A DNA stretch of 64,000 bases from Octopus vulgaris. Taxonomy: Eukaryota. Position numbers and translations under genes: made by a program. Positions 11,927-24,795 of the stretch are shown one piece after another. The first letter of the stretch is position 1, and the number at the start of each line of letters is the position of its first letter. The stretch lies in contig OX597821.1 of assembly GCA_951406725.2 (NCBI GenBank), positions 42,098,001 to 42,162,000 of the forward strand. The letters are read 5' to 3'. The notes under the pieces are model-generated. The model saw nothing but the letters and a program-made list of their open reading frames with translations, searched no databases and was not told the origin of the DNA.

Positions 11927-12378
11927 TTAATGCCACCAAAATACAGGTGTTCCCTAGGATCCAGTGATAGTGCTAATTTTAACCCTAGGTGGACACCTCT
12001 TCCAGCTGATTATGCAGTGCACTCTGCACTTAATATATATTACAGGCAGGGAAAGAACTCCCTACTATTTTAGCCACAAGACCACATGAATATGGTTTCA
12101 ACCTCTTTATGGTCATCCTTGGTGATGGATACTTATTTGCTAGACATAGCAGTAGTCCATCTTGTGCAGATGAGTATTCATCACTGAGGATGACCATAAA
12201 AAGGTCGAAACCATAGTCCTGTGGTCTCAAGGCTAAAATAGTAGGGAGTTCTCTCCCTGCCTGTAATATATATTGAGTGCAGAGTGCACTGCATAATCAG
12301 CTGGAGGAGGTGTCCACCTGGGGTTAAAATAGCAGTATTGTCAGTTCCTAGGGAACATCCGTGTTTTGGTGGCATTAA
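11927..12378. repeat. inverted repeat 3 (arms about 213 bp, 25-nt loop) carrying a hammerhead-like motif
   Basis: TTAATGCCACCAAAA...TTTGC / GCAGA...TTTTGGTGGCATTAA. CTGAGGA-T-GACC-ATAAAAA-GGTC-GAAAC-CATA-GTC lies at 12184-12218. Confidence 0.88.
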
Positions 12379-12939
12379 CCACAGCTTCTCAGTATAAATA
12401 CTGCTTTCATCTCTTGCAGAGATTTTTCTAACTAGCTAGCTTGCTTATTGCAAATAATGCATATAATATATTTTAAGTAATATATTATATATATGATGAT
12501 GATGATGATGATGATATCATTTGAAGAGGAGGATTCAGTTGTTTAATCTCAACTGAATTACCTGCCCCTGAACTAACATAAGTGGATGAGTATTCCACAG
12601 ACATGTGAACCCTTAACGTAATTCTCAAGCAGAATCAGTATGTCACAAGTGACAAGGCTGTATCTTTTGCATTACAGGAACATTCCATCCAAAAGGCTTC
12701 GTTACAGTTTTCAATTTCTCGCTGTCAATCCCAGGATATGCATCAACCAGAATCCACAGGAAATAACAACTGCCCAAAATGCGACATAGAAGAATTGAAC
12801 CTGGGACCTCAAGATTGCAAAGTATGTGTTACACTTACCATACAGTCAACATTTACTTTATTGCTATGAAGATATTACTTTTACTTCATTTACATATTTG
12901 GTTTGCAAGATTCTTGGTGTGAATTTGTGTGTTGAAACA

Positions 12940-13308
12940 AATCTTGTGTCTTGGGAGGGTCATTATGTCAATGATAATAAACACACACACACACATTGGT
13001 TCGGTATCACTTCTTTAGTGTTAATCAATTGGTTGAATATGTAATTAACTAATCAATTGTTTGTTTAAAGTGGTCTCTCTTCAAGATTCGCTTTGATCAA
13101 ACCTTGAGAAGAGAAGACAAGTCACTGAATTTGCTTTGACCTTGAGGAGGGAAGGCAAGTCACTGAAATGGTCATGGATAGCAACAGAAGAACTTTGACT
13201 AAAAATACAATCAATTAATTGTTAAACCAACACATTAAACAAACAATCAGTTAATTAGTTGATTAGATATTCAACCAGTTAACTGACCACAAAGAAGTGA
13301 TATTGAAC

Positions 13309-13347
<39 letters not shown>

Positions 13348-13385
13348 CATTGTTAGCATAATGAACCTCCCATGACACAACATTT
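12940..13385. repeat. inverted repeat 4 (arms about 130-150 bp) with an internal short direct repeat
   Basis: TTGTGTCTTGGGAGGGTCATTATG..(CA)n..TTGTTTGTTTAA / TTAAACAAACAA..(TG)n..CATAATGAACCTCCCATGACACAA. Confidence 0.75.
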
Positions 13386-14899
13386 ACTACTTTTAATTAA
13401 AGTTAAATTATATTATCTTGAAGCTCACAAATTTAATTGGTCTCTTGATTGCTTCAAAAGACCAGTCAAGAAGCAGTCAAGAGACTTCTTCGGTATTTAT
13501 TGCTCGTTAATTGGATGACATTTTGAGTTTCGAAAGTACACAAGTAAATTAACAAAACATCAATAATTAATTTTGATTGACTTTGAAGTCATCAGACTTA
13601 AATGATCAACTTCAAGTAATTTGACTAAAGCATGAGGCGAGGGAAATAATTGAAATATTTTGCACAACCTGATTTGGGAAATGTAACCCAAGGACAAAAA
13701 TTTTTGATAATTACTGAAGCCCTGTTCACATGATCATCCAGCAGTCTGTGGAGACTCACTAAATGGTTGTCGTCCGACAAGATTAGGGGCCAAACCAAGC
13801 TGTGACTATTCATGCACCACCCCATCGTGATTGTACCATATCTGCTACCATATAAACCACCTACAAGCTAAAGATATGTAAGTATGTATGTATGTATCAT
13901 CATCATCATCATCATCATCATCATTATCATCATCATCATCATTGTTTAATGTCCACTCTCCATGCTGGTATGGTTGGACAGTTTGACTGAAAACTGGTAA
14001 GCCAGGGGGCTACATCGGGTTCCAATCTGATTTGTCAAGGTCTCTATGGCTGGATACCCTTCCTAACACCAACCACTCTGAGAGTGTAGGGGGTGCTTTT
14101 TACATGCCATCGACCTAACACTGGCATCAGCCACAACTATGGTCTCACTTGGCTTGACAGGTCAACACAAGCCCAGTATATCGCCAAGGGTGTTGGTCAC
14201 CTGTCACTGCCTCCATGTGGGCCAATGCTCAAACGGTGCTTTTTATGAGCCACCAGCACAGCTGGTACCAGTCAGACGGCACTGTCATCAGCCACAACTA
14301 TGATGTCACTTGGTCCAACAGGTCTTCACAGGCACAGCATTATCCCTTACCAACTGAAGGGTGCTTTTAATGGGCCCTTTACACAACACTGGCCATGACT
14401 ACATCTCACTCGGATTGACATCACTGCCTCCATGAGGCCCAACACACGAACAGTGCTTTTTATGTAGTAAAACACAAAAAATAAGCAAAACATAACTGTG
14501 TGACTGAGTTGAAGGGAGATTTACTTCTGCCTTTATAGAACATAAAGAAAACGGTGTTGTAGGAGTGTACGCAGCATGTGTACTACAGCAGTCCTATACG
14601 TAGCTTAAATACTGAGATTAAAAAGCAGGGATGAATTATGCCTGCCTAATCTGCAAAAAAAAATATATATTTTGTATTTTATGCATAGTAATCTGAGTAA
14701 CCTTCATAATGTTATTGAATTAGATACATATTTTGCCATAAAAGGAAAATGTTACTATTGATCTATTTTATTCAGAGTAGGCACAGCCTACCTTGCCTAC
14801 CTAGGCAGCATGTCCCTGGTATATACATACACACATACATATATACTCTGGAGATATGCTGTGACTTTGAAGACCCAACAAATGAAGTGAGTTCATGGC

Positions 14900-15345
14900 T
14901 TGTAGGATGGCCTGCTGTGCAAACCTTGGATCATAGAGTGACCCGCTGGTCTTGAGGAGACCTAATGAGTCAAGTACATTAACACCAACATCAAAATGAA
15001 AATCAAATGGAAATTATAGTTAAGATACCCGTGCAGGTGACACTTTAAAAGCACCGTCTGAACGTGGCAGATGCCAGCGCCACCTGACTGGTGTCCGTGT
15101 TGGTGACATGTAAAAGCACCAACCGATTATGGCCATTTGCCAGCCTCCTTTGGCCCCTGTGCCGGTGGCATGTAAAAAGCACCCACTACACTCTCAGAGT
15201 GGTTGGCGTTAGGAAGGGCATCCAGCTGTAGAAACACTGCCAGATCAGACTGGAGCCTGGTGCAGCCTCCTGGCTTCCCAGACCCCGGTCAAACCATCCA
15301 ACCCATGCTAGCATGGAAAACGACGTTAAACGATGATGATGATGA
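14900..15345 (+). mobile_element. RTE LINE 3' UTR fragment
   Basis: GAGTGGTTGGCGTTAGGAAGGGCATCCAGCTGTAGAAAC...CATGCTAGCATGGAAAACGACGTTAAAC(GAT)n. Confidence 0.75.
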
Positions 15346-16015
15346 TAATGTATGTATGTATGTATGTATGTATGTATGTATGTATGTATGTATGTATATT
15401 TATATACTGCAGTAACAAATTCTCTTCCATTACTATGAAAGACACACAGCAATTTCTCAAAGTGTATCTTCTCTACAAAGACATTACAATTTCTTTGCTG
15501 CGAATTTCAGTAAATGCTGGTCTACACGAAACAAATGGGTTCATATTCCTGCTAAGACCGAGCAGTCAGACACCTTTACATGTCTTATGAGAGACAACAC
15601 ATGGCTGCTTCTTGTTTCCAATTGAAGGAAATCAAATTTAAACGAAGACTGAACTAATTATCTGTGCCACAGAATTTGATACTTCATCGATACACTGCAC
15701 TGAATTCCCTCCAAACAAAAACAAAAATTATTATTATTTTGCTTTTTGTTTTATTTTAATTTATTTTATTTTGTTTTCAATTTTATTTGCAATTATTTGC
15801 ATTTAATTACTGCTTGTCTCATTCAATTTCAATCCGTTGCCATGACAGCAATGTTTACAGAAGAACACCGAGTGAGTAGCGATTCTATCAATGTGTAATT
15901 AGTGTGTATACGTAATACATTTAATAGCAATACACACACATAAATACATACATACGCACACAATGATGCATGTATGCATATCTGTGTGCGTGTGTGCCTG
16001 TATACATATAGATAC

Positions 16016-16046
<31 letters not shown>

Positions 16047-16179
16047 TACATATACATATATATATGAAATGTATGTAATCTGGATATATAAATGGAAAGC
16101 GGACGTTAAACGATGATGATGATGATACTCATATACATATGCATATGTATACACACACACATACATATTTATACATACA

Positions 16180-16213
<34 letters not shown>

Positions 16214-16216
16214 CAT

Positions 16217-16312
<96 letters not shown>

Positions 16313-17689
16313 CATATATTTATATACACACAGACGCACACACACATACATACACTTATGCATGTATACATACACATATACAAATATACATATCGAAGCA
16401 ATTAAAGACTCGTTCAATTATGACAAATGATCGATAATTAATTACAAACCATGCATTACTCTGAGCGCGCTGAATATCAGAGGCTTGAAAAGCGGGTGTG
16501 GAGAGGGACTTGGCAGAATCATTAGGACACTGAGTGGCATTTCATCCGTTTTGACATTCTGAGTTCAAATTCCACCAAGGTCGACTTTGTTTTTATTGTT
16601 TTTGAGGCCAATAAAGTATGAACCAATTGAATGCTGGAGGTCAATGTAATCAACTTACCCCCTCCCCTCAAATTGCTGGCCTTGTGTCAAAAGTTTAAGC
16701 CAATATTAATTAGTGGAGGGCTGGACTAAATGCCGTTCACTAGCTTTTCTGGGATCAAATCCTGCCAGAGCGAAATTTGTCCCTACCATAATCGAAAACG
16801 GATTGAATGGAATATATTTCTTCTCTGCATGTTTATTTTACATTTTTTACTTGTTTCAGTCATTAGACTGTGGCACCACTTTGAAGAATTTTTAGTTGAA
16901 TGAATCACCTGCAAGACTTAATTCTTTTTAATTTTTTGCCTGGTATGTGACCTATTTGCTGAACTGCTAAGTTATGTGGACGTAAACACACCAACACCAG
17001 TTTGTCAAGCACAGCACTATTTGGGGACAAACACAGACAACAAACACACACACACATATGTAAATACATACATATGTATATGCCACGTAAAAATCCCTCA
17101 GTCCACTCTGTAAGGTGGTTTGTGTTTGGAAGGGCATCTAAGCGTAAAAACCCTACCAAAACAGACACAGAAGCCTGGTGCAGTCTTGTACTTAGCCAAA
17201 CCTTACCAAAGCATCCAACCCATGCCTGCATGGAAAACAGACAGTAAATGATAATGATGATGATGATGATGATATATATATATATATTTAACGGGCTTCT
17301 ATCAGTTTCCATCTATCAAATTCACTGGGAAGGTTTTGGTTGTCCCAGGGCCATAATAGAAGCTTGCCCAAGGTGCTGCACAGAGGGATTGGGCCTGAGA
17401 ACACATACTTGGGAAGCAAGCTTCTTAACCACATTCACACCTGTGTGTTACACAATAATGATATAATAATTTGTCATTAGTGCAAATCGTAAGAGTGTAA
17501 AACACTCGACATAACAAGTCTTTCCACTTGAATCGCTTGGATTTGCTTCTTTCTTTTGTTCTGGTTTCTGTCTTTGATGCTCTCAAAAAAAATTAAATAT
17601 TTCATTCAACATTTAGCTTTGAAGTGTTGCAACATTTTCAAATATTTTTGCTTGACTATAGTCTTATTCTCAGGTAAAGTGTAACGGGT

Positions 17690-18030
17690 AAGGAACCCCC
17701 ATTGGTCATCAATGACCATGGGACTGCACCTAGAAAGTTCCCCTCCACAGCACAGGTCTGGGCAAGGTTGTTTATGGAAGACCAGTAGTCACCCATGCAT
17801 ACCAACTCCACCCCTCTCCATGCCACCAGTGTTATCCAAGGGAAAGGCAAAGGGGCCGATACAACTTGGCACCAGTGACATCACAACTCATTTCTACAGC
17901 TGATTAGAACTGGAGCAACATGAAATAAAGTGTCTTGCTCAAGAACACAACACACAGCCCGGTCCGGGAATCGAACTCACTACCTCATGAATGTGAGCCT
18001 GATGCTCAAACCACTGAGCCATGGGCCTTC
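17690..18030 (-). mobile_element. SINE family C, near full length
   Basis: Minus-strand head TGGCTCAGTGGTTTGAGCATC...GAGTTCGATTCCCGGACC...TGTGTTCTTGAGCAAGACACTT. Near-duplicate at 19480-19810. Confidence 0.75.
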
Positions 18031-18261
18031 ATATTCTCAATGCTAGACTGAATGTTCCATTGAGGTTTTCTTGCTGTTTTTTCCTTTTTTTCTTTCTTGT
18101 GCTATTCTACCATGTTGGCACCAAATAATTTAGTGCCAACTTGAGAATCTTCAACATCCACAGCTACTGCAGACATAAAACAATGTTAGGTTTATTGTTG
18201 CTCATCAGAAATTTCCTATGACCAATTCCTCCAGGAAATCATTCGTAAAAATTTGTAAATA

Positions 18262-18672
18262 GGCGCAGGAGTGGCTGTGTGGTAAGTAGCTTGTTTACCA
18301 ACCACATGGTTCCGGGTTCAGTCCCACTGTGTGGCACCTTGGGCAAGTGTCTTCTACTATAGCCTCGGGCCGACCAAAGCCTTGTGAGTGGATTTGGTAG
18401 ATGAAAACTGAAAGAAGCCCGTCATATATATGTATATATATGCGTGTGTGTGTTTGTGTGTCTGTGTTTGTCCCCCTAGCATTGCTTGACAACCGATGCT
18501 GGTGTGCTTATGTCCCCGTTACTTAGCGGTTCGGCAAAAAAAAAAAACGATAGAATAAGTACTAGGCTTACAAAAGAATAAGTCCCGGGGTCGAGTTGCT
18601 CGATTAAAGGCGGTGCTCCAGCATGGCCGCAGTCAAATGACTGAAAAAAGTAAAAGTAAAGTAAAAGTAAAA
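18262..18672 (+). mobile_element. CORE-type SINE (family A), full length
   Basis: Same head, body and (AAAAGT)n tail as 96-509. Confidence 0.85.
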
Positions 18673-18892
18673 TCATCAGATCGACTCACTAATTTCTATG
18701 ACCAAAGGAGTCTTTACATTTTTACTGATTTCCTTTTAGGGAAGTTACCCTGCCCATGCTACAGCATTAACGAATGGTTTAGAGAGAGGAGAATTGAATG
18801 CATGGACAACACCCAGTCTTCCTGGAAACCATCTTACCCAGGGTTTGCAACTATGCAAGCAGGTCATCATAGAATGACAGAGGCCATAGATT

Positions 18893-19258
18893 AGCTGTGT
18901 GGTAAGTAGCTTGCTTACCAACCACATGGTTCCGGGTTCAGTCCCACTGCATGGCATCTAGGGAAAGTGTCTTCTACTATAGCTTCAGGCTGACCAAAGC
19001 CTTGTGAGTGAATTTGGGAGACGGAAACTGAAAGAAACCCATCATATGTGTGTGTGTGTTGGTCTGTGTTTGTCTCTCCCAACATCGCTTGACAACCAAT
19101 GCTGGTGTGTTCATGTCCCCGTAACATAGTGGTTCGGCAAAAGAGACTGATAGAATAAGTACTAGGCTTACAAAGAATAAGTCCTGGGGTCAATTTGCTC
19201 AACTAAGGGCAGTGCTCCAGCATGGGCGCAGTCAAATGACTGAAACAAATAAAAGAAT
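18893..19258 (+). mobile_element. CORE-type SINE (family A)
   Basis: Family A sequence with many CpG to TpG/CpA changes. Confidence 0.85.
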
Positions 19259-19479
19259 ACAGGGAAGATGCATGTTAGTGTTGACAAATGGAAGCCATAC
19301 AAGTAAGGTAAGGGCACAAGTATGGCCAACACTAACTAATGAAATCCACACAAGTAGAGTCACAAGAATGGCTAAGTGGTGAAGATTCTGTTTTTTTTTT
19401 GTTCTTTATCCTTTGCAAGAGCATGACTCCAAGGTCAATTTTATTTTGTAGCTCCTTGGGCAAATAACTTCTATTTCTG

Positions 19480-19810
19480 AGACCCCCTTCGGTCATGACT
19501 AACCATTGGATTGTACCTAGAAAGTTAGCCTCCCAGGCACAAGTCAGGGCAAGGTTGTTTATGGAAGGCCAGCAGTCACCTATGCATACCAGCCTCCCTT
19601 CTCCACACCACTGATGTTATCCAAGGGAAAGATAAAGGCTGATACAGCTTGGCATCAGTGATGTCGCAACTCATTTCTACAGCTGAGTGAACTGGAGCAA
19701 CGTGAAATAAAGTGTCTTGCTCAAGAACACAACACGCAGCTCAGTCCAGGATTCAAACGCGCAACCTCACGATCATAAGCTTGACGCTCTAACCACTGAG
19801 CCATGCACAT
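19480..19810 (-). mobile_element. SINE family C
   Basis: Homologous to 17690-18030. Confidence 0.75.
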
Positions 19811-20473
19811 TCACAGCTTCTATTATAACCTCAGGTAAACCAAAAATCTTGGTAGACAAACAACTGTTTGGAAACCTGTGGATTTGAACTCAGAACATTA
19901 AAATAGACGAAATGCCACTCAGCATTTTGCCCAGCATGTTAACAGTTCTGCCAAACTGCTGCCTCGGTGCTATCAATAATCAATACCATGAAACCAAGAT
20001 TCTAAAGGTGCAAAGAGGAACTTTAAAATAGGACATTGTAACATATTCAGCTACTTAAATATACAGACAGCAGTGTCAGTATTAAGTGCACCTTTGTCAG
20101 TGTGCAAATCACTGCAGTACGCAGCTTATTGTTGCAACAGTATGACAAATATTTGCAAGCACTTCTGAACTCTACCATTCCTTGATGGAATTTTGTTTTT
20201 GTTTTGTTGTTTTTCTTGTCAATATGTATATACCTGACAACCACCAAAGTTTCTTGTTTCTTTCTAATCGACCTCAAGTGTCAAATTAAGGTTTATATTT
20301 CATCTCTCTCTCTCTCTAATTACATCTTTAACATGGTTGATTTCTGTGTCTTTCTTCCAGTGCAATTATTGATGGTGTTTAAACAGTTTTTGCTCAAGTA
20401 GGTCGATTGAAGCAGAGAGAAATTATTGCTACGTATGTGTATAACCACGTAACATTTTGTGTGTTCGACCTTG

Positions 20474-20513
<40 letters not shown>

Positions 20514-20642
20514 TTGTTTCAGCTGTTGTAGTTCTCATTAACAGGTGATCTCTCTATGGTTAAAGTCGAACTCAGTGAAGAGGAAGAGAGAGAAAGGCGA
20601 AGGTAAATAAATAACCATTATGAATGAGAAATAATTAACAAG

Positions 20643-21003
20643 AATGATGACGATGACGATGACGACGACAATGATGGTGATGATGATAACAATGATGATG
20701 ATAGTGATGCTGGTGAAGATGGCGACGATGATGATTGGTGGTGGTGGTTGTTGTGGTGATGATGATGATGCTGATAACGATGATGATGATAACGACAATG
20801 ATGATGATAGTGATGCTGGTGAAGATGACGATGATGGTGGTAGTTGTGGTGGTGATGATGATGGTGATAGCGATGATGATGATAACGACAACGATAATGA
20901 TGATGTTGGTGGTGATGATGGCAATGATGACGATGATGGTGGTGGTCATGATGATGATGATGACGATGGTGGTCATGATGATGATGATGATGATGATGAT
21001 GAC
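20643..21003. repeat. compound (GAT/GGT/GAC)n trinucleotide array
   Basis: Degenerate (GAT)n with internal higher-order duplication. It is the source of spurious poly-D/H/M ORFs. Confidence 0.9.
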
Positions 21004-21372
21004 AGCAATGCCATAATATTTCTAAAGAGACAACAGTTTCCATGACAACCCAAGAGAGAAACTATGTTGCTGTTTATAACCGGGCCACACACACACGTTA
21101 TGCAACGAGATGTTGCGTCACATCTAATCAGTCTTGTATCGAATCATCTCTGACATTTCAATAACAAACCTAAAACATGGCTTCCAGGGTAGAACAACAA
21201 CAACAACAACAACAACAACGATATACCTAAGTGTTCAGTGGATCAGATAACATGAAGGTGGGGGGGGGTGATGTATTGGAATGTCATTTAAAAGTACTTC
21301 TCTGAGAGAGAAGGAGAGGTGGGGGGTTGAGGCATTTAGTTATTAATTAGTTTGCCATCATTAACCACCATG

Positions 21373-21403
<31 letters not shown>

Positions 21404-21569
21404 ACAACATCACCAGCACTTATCCAAGATGCTGTGCAATGAGATTGAACCCAGAAACTGGATGTGTAGAAAGTGAATAACTGATGAACACAAATGGAGG
21501 AGAGAAAGAGAGGGGGGGAAGTTCTTCATGTTAGTTTTTTTTTTAATTTTTGATGAATGACATTTAAAG

Positions 21570-21604
<35 letters not shown>

Positions 21605-22280
21605 TGTCATGATGACTTACCCTGCAATTAAGTTGATGGTACATTTCTCTGTGGAATACTCGACTATTTCCATGCAAATTCAAAGAGCCTGGTGATTCAG
21701 TTAATTGCACAAATGTGTGTGGCCTGGTGGTTAAGGTGATGCATTCACAATCGCTAAATCATGGGTTCAATTCCCAGACTGAATGGTGCATTGTATTCTT
21801 GAGCTAATCCCTTCATTTCCCATTGCTCCAGTACACTCAGCTGTAAATGGGTACACCCTGTGACAGAATAGCTTTCTGATCAGTGTGAACATTGGCCTGC
21901 TCACCTAGCCAATAGGGTGGTATCATCCAAAAGCTAAAATAATGTAAAGCGCATTGTGGCCAGTGATGTATAACAACATCCAATAGTCTGGTCAATCCCA
22001 TAATACACAGGCAGAAGTAGCGCCCTTTCGTATTTCAGTTTTCTAATTTTAAATTCAGCTTCTTTTTTATTTCCTAAAGTTTCTGCAATTTTTTTTTCAT
22101 TAGTTTATTATTCATTTCTTTAAGTAATGCAATAAATTTGTGTTCAATAAAAAAAAAATCACTTGATAAACATTTACTTACTATAAAAGTCATTAAATGC
22201 AAAAAGAGCATTACCCCTGCCACACCCTGTATATGTAAATATATAGAAAGAGTTCAGATTTACAGAAGACAAAAGATGGG

Positions 22281-22416
22281 TAAGTAGCTTGCTTACCAAC
22301 CACATGGTTCCAGGTTCATTCCCACTGCATGGCACCTTAGGCAAGTGTCTTCTACTATAACCTCGGGCCAAGCCTTGTGAGTGGATTTGGTAGATGGAAA
22401 GTGAAAAAAGCCCGTC

Positions 22417-22477
<61 letters not shown>

Positions 22478-22655
22478 TGTCTGTGTTTGCCCCCCCCCCC
22501 CCAACATTACTTGACAAACCGATATTGGTGTTTTACGACCCTGTAACTTAGCAGTTCAGCAAAAGAGACAGTACTAGGCTTACAAAGAATAAGTCCTGGG
22601 GTCAATTTGCTTGACTAAAGGCAGTGCTCCAGCATGACTGAAAACGAGTAAAAGA
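22281..22655 (+). mobile_element. CORE-type SINE (family A)
   Basis: Family A sequence, 5' clipped. Confidence 0.8.
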
Positions 22656-23512
22656 GCCAATAACAGTAGGTAAACTTACACACTAAGGTAACTTTGGACG
22701 ACCGAAAATTCTATATGAAATGCAGCCGGATTTGGGAAGATAGGGATAATGTCTAACTATTTTACACTACATGTTTACACTGTATACATGTTGATTTGGC
22801 ATGCAGGGAAACATGTTATATATATTGTATATATATCCAGTCAAATATTTGTTTTTTATGCACATCTCATCAAAAGTTTATTCACCTTTCCTTTATATTT
22901 TTAAAAATATTTTCCCGTTTCACAACTCAGATTTTGTCATGCAAATGGCAGGGTGAAACTCCGAATCACAAAATATTAATTTTCAATCCAATAGTCTCTT
23001 GACGTTTTCCTTTCACTACTTAATTTTCTTGTCTGTTTATATTGTCATGGTTATGTTGAATTGATTATTGGCACACACACACATCTACATAAATATATAT
23101 ACCTACAAATATATATATATATAAGATATATATGTATATATAAACACATGCATATATGAGTACAGGGCATCACCAACATTGCAAATAACATGAAATACAT
23201 AAACAAACAGGAGAAAAATGAGTGAAATATGTAAACACAGAGAAAGGACCCTTCATCAGTTGTAGGCTGTCTATCTGCTCCTCATTTTGAGCATTCAATG
23301 ACAATATGAGTCATCAAAGACTGTTGCTCCCATAAATTCTAAAATAAAATTTAGGATTTATTGAGGGTAAAAGTTGGGAACAAAAACAAGACAGTGGAGA
23401 CATACAAGGAAACCAAATGAAAACATACATGGAGGGTCATAAGACCAGAACAAAAGGAAAATAGTGAATGCTGGGAGAAATATTTTCTTTGAAAAGAGAA
23501 AAGATAGAAGGT

Positions 23513-23862
23513 CTGTGGTAAGAAGTTTGTTTCCCAACCACATAATTCCAGGTTCAGTCCCACTGTATGACATACTGGGCAAGTGTCTTCTAATATAGCC
23601 TTGGGTCAACCAAAGCCTTGTAAGTGGATTTGGAAGATGGAAACTGAAAGAAGCCCATTATGTGTGTGTTTGTCCTCCATCACTGCTTGACAACTAGCGT
23701 TGGTATGTTTACATCCTCTGTAACTTAAGGGGTTGGCAAAAGAGACCGACAGAATAAGCACCAGGCTTAAGTAATAAGTCCTGGGGTCAGTTCATCCAAC
23801 TAAAATAGTCTTCAAAGCAGTGCCTCAGCAAGGCCACAGTCTACTGACTGAAACAAGTAAAA
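23513..23862 (+). mobile_element. CORE-type SINE (family A, older)
   Basis: Diverged family A sequence inserted in an A-rich, possibly Penelope-derived segment. Confidence 0.75.
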
Positions 23863-24426
23863 ATCAAGAGAATTACAACTTTTTAAACTCAACAGAATAA
23901 CCAAAGTAAAAGAAGGAAAGTTGGGTTAAGAGGGATTAACATATTAAATGAGATTATCCTAAATAATGGTGAGATAACAGCAGAAGGTGATCTTATGACG
24001 ATATGAAAATAAGAGAGATGGAAAATAAAGAGGAGAGGGGAGCATGGTAGGATAAAACATCATTGGAGGAAAATGGTCACAACCCGGAAAAAAAGACATT
24101 TAACATTATGGAGTATGGGGAGTTAAGTAGATAGAAATAATCAATGAGGTTAAATGAGGTTAAGTAATAATTAATAAAGGAACCTAGGTTAATAAATGAG
24201 CTTAGAGATTCAGGAAAAGTTCAATACAGTTTAACTAGAAATCAATAAAAAAAAAAGAAGAAATTAATGTCATGAAGGCATGTGAGGGGTGAGGGGTGAG
24301 GAGAGGAAAGTGCAGAACTGGTTTGTAAGGTCACATGAATTTATTGTTGCAATGTTTTTATTCTTTGGGAATGTGTTTAGATTATACATACAAGTATATA
24401 AAGACTATGAGGGGTTGAGTTCACTT

Positions 24427-24795
24427 GAGATCTAAACAAACAGGTATGCTGGGTAAGTGCCATAGTCGGTCAACCATTAGGTTCCAAGATCACAGCTAAG
24501 GTTGGATCTAGGGATCCGTTTTAGGGTTCCATCAAAACCAAGGCAGAACGAGTATCTCAAGTCATTTAGAATAATTTAATTAGGGGAGATCTAAACAAAC
24601 AGGTATGATGGGTAAGTGCCATAGTCAGTCAACCATTAGGTTCCAAGATCACAGCTAAGGTTGGATCTAGGGATCCGTTTAAGGGTTCCATCAAAACCAA
24701 GGCAGAACGAGTATCTCAAATCATTAAGAATAATTTAATTAGGGTAAGGAGAATTTGAAATGACTTGAGATACTTGTTCTGTCTTGGTTTTGAAT
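24427..24795. repeat. ~160-bp tandem duplication followed by a short inverted copy
   Basis: GAGATCTAAACAAACAGGTATG...TAATTTAATTAGGG at about 24427 and 24587. The segment 24755-24795 is the reverse complement of TCAAAACCAAGGCAGAACGAGTATCTCAAGTCATTT. Confidence 0.8.

Noticed and set aside
20538-21045. poly-Asp/His/Ser/Met ORFs
   Set aside because: Translations of a (GAT/GGT)n array on both strands.
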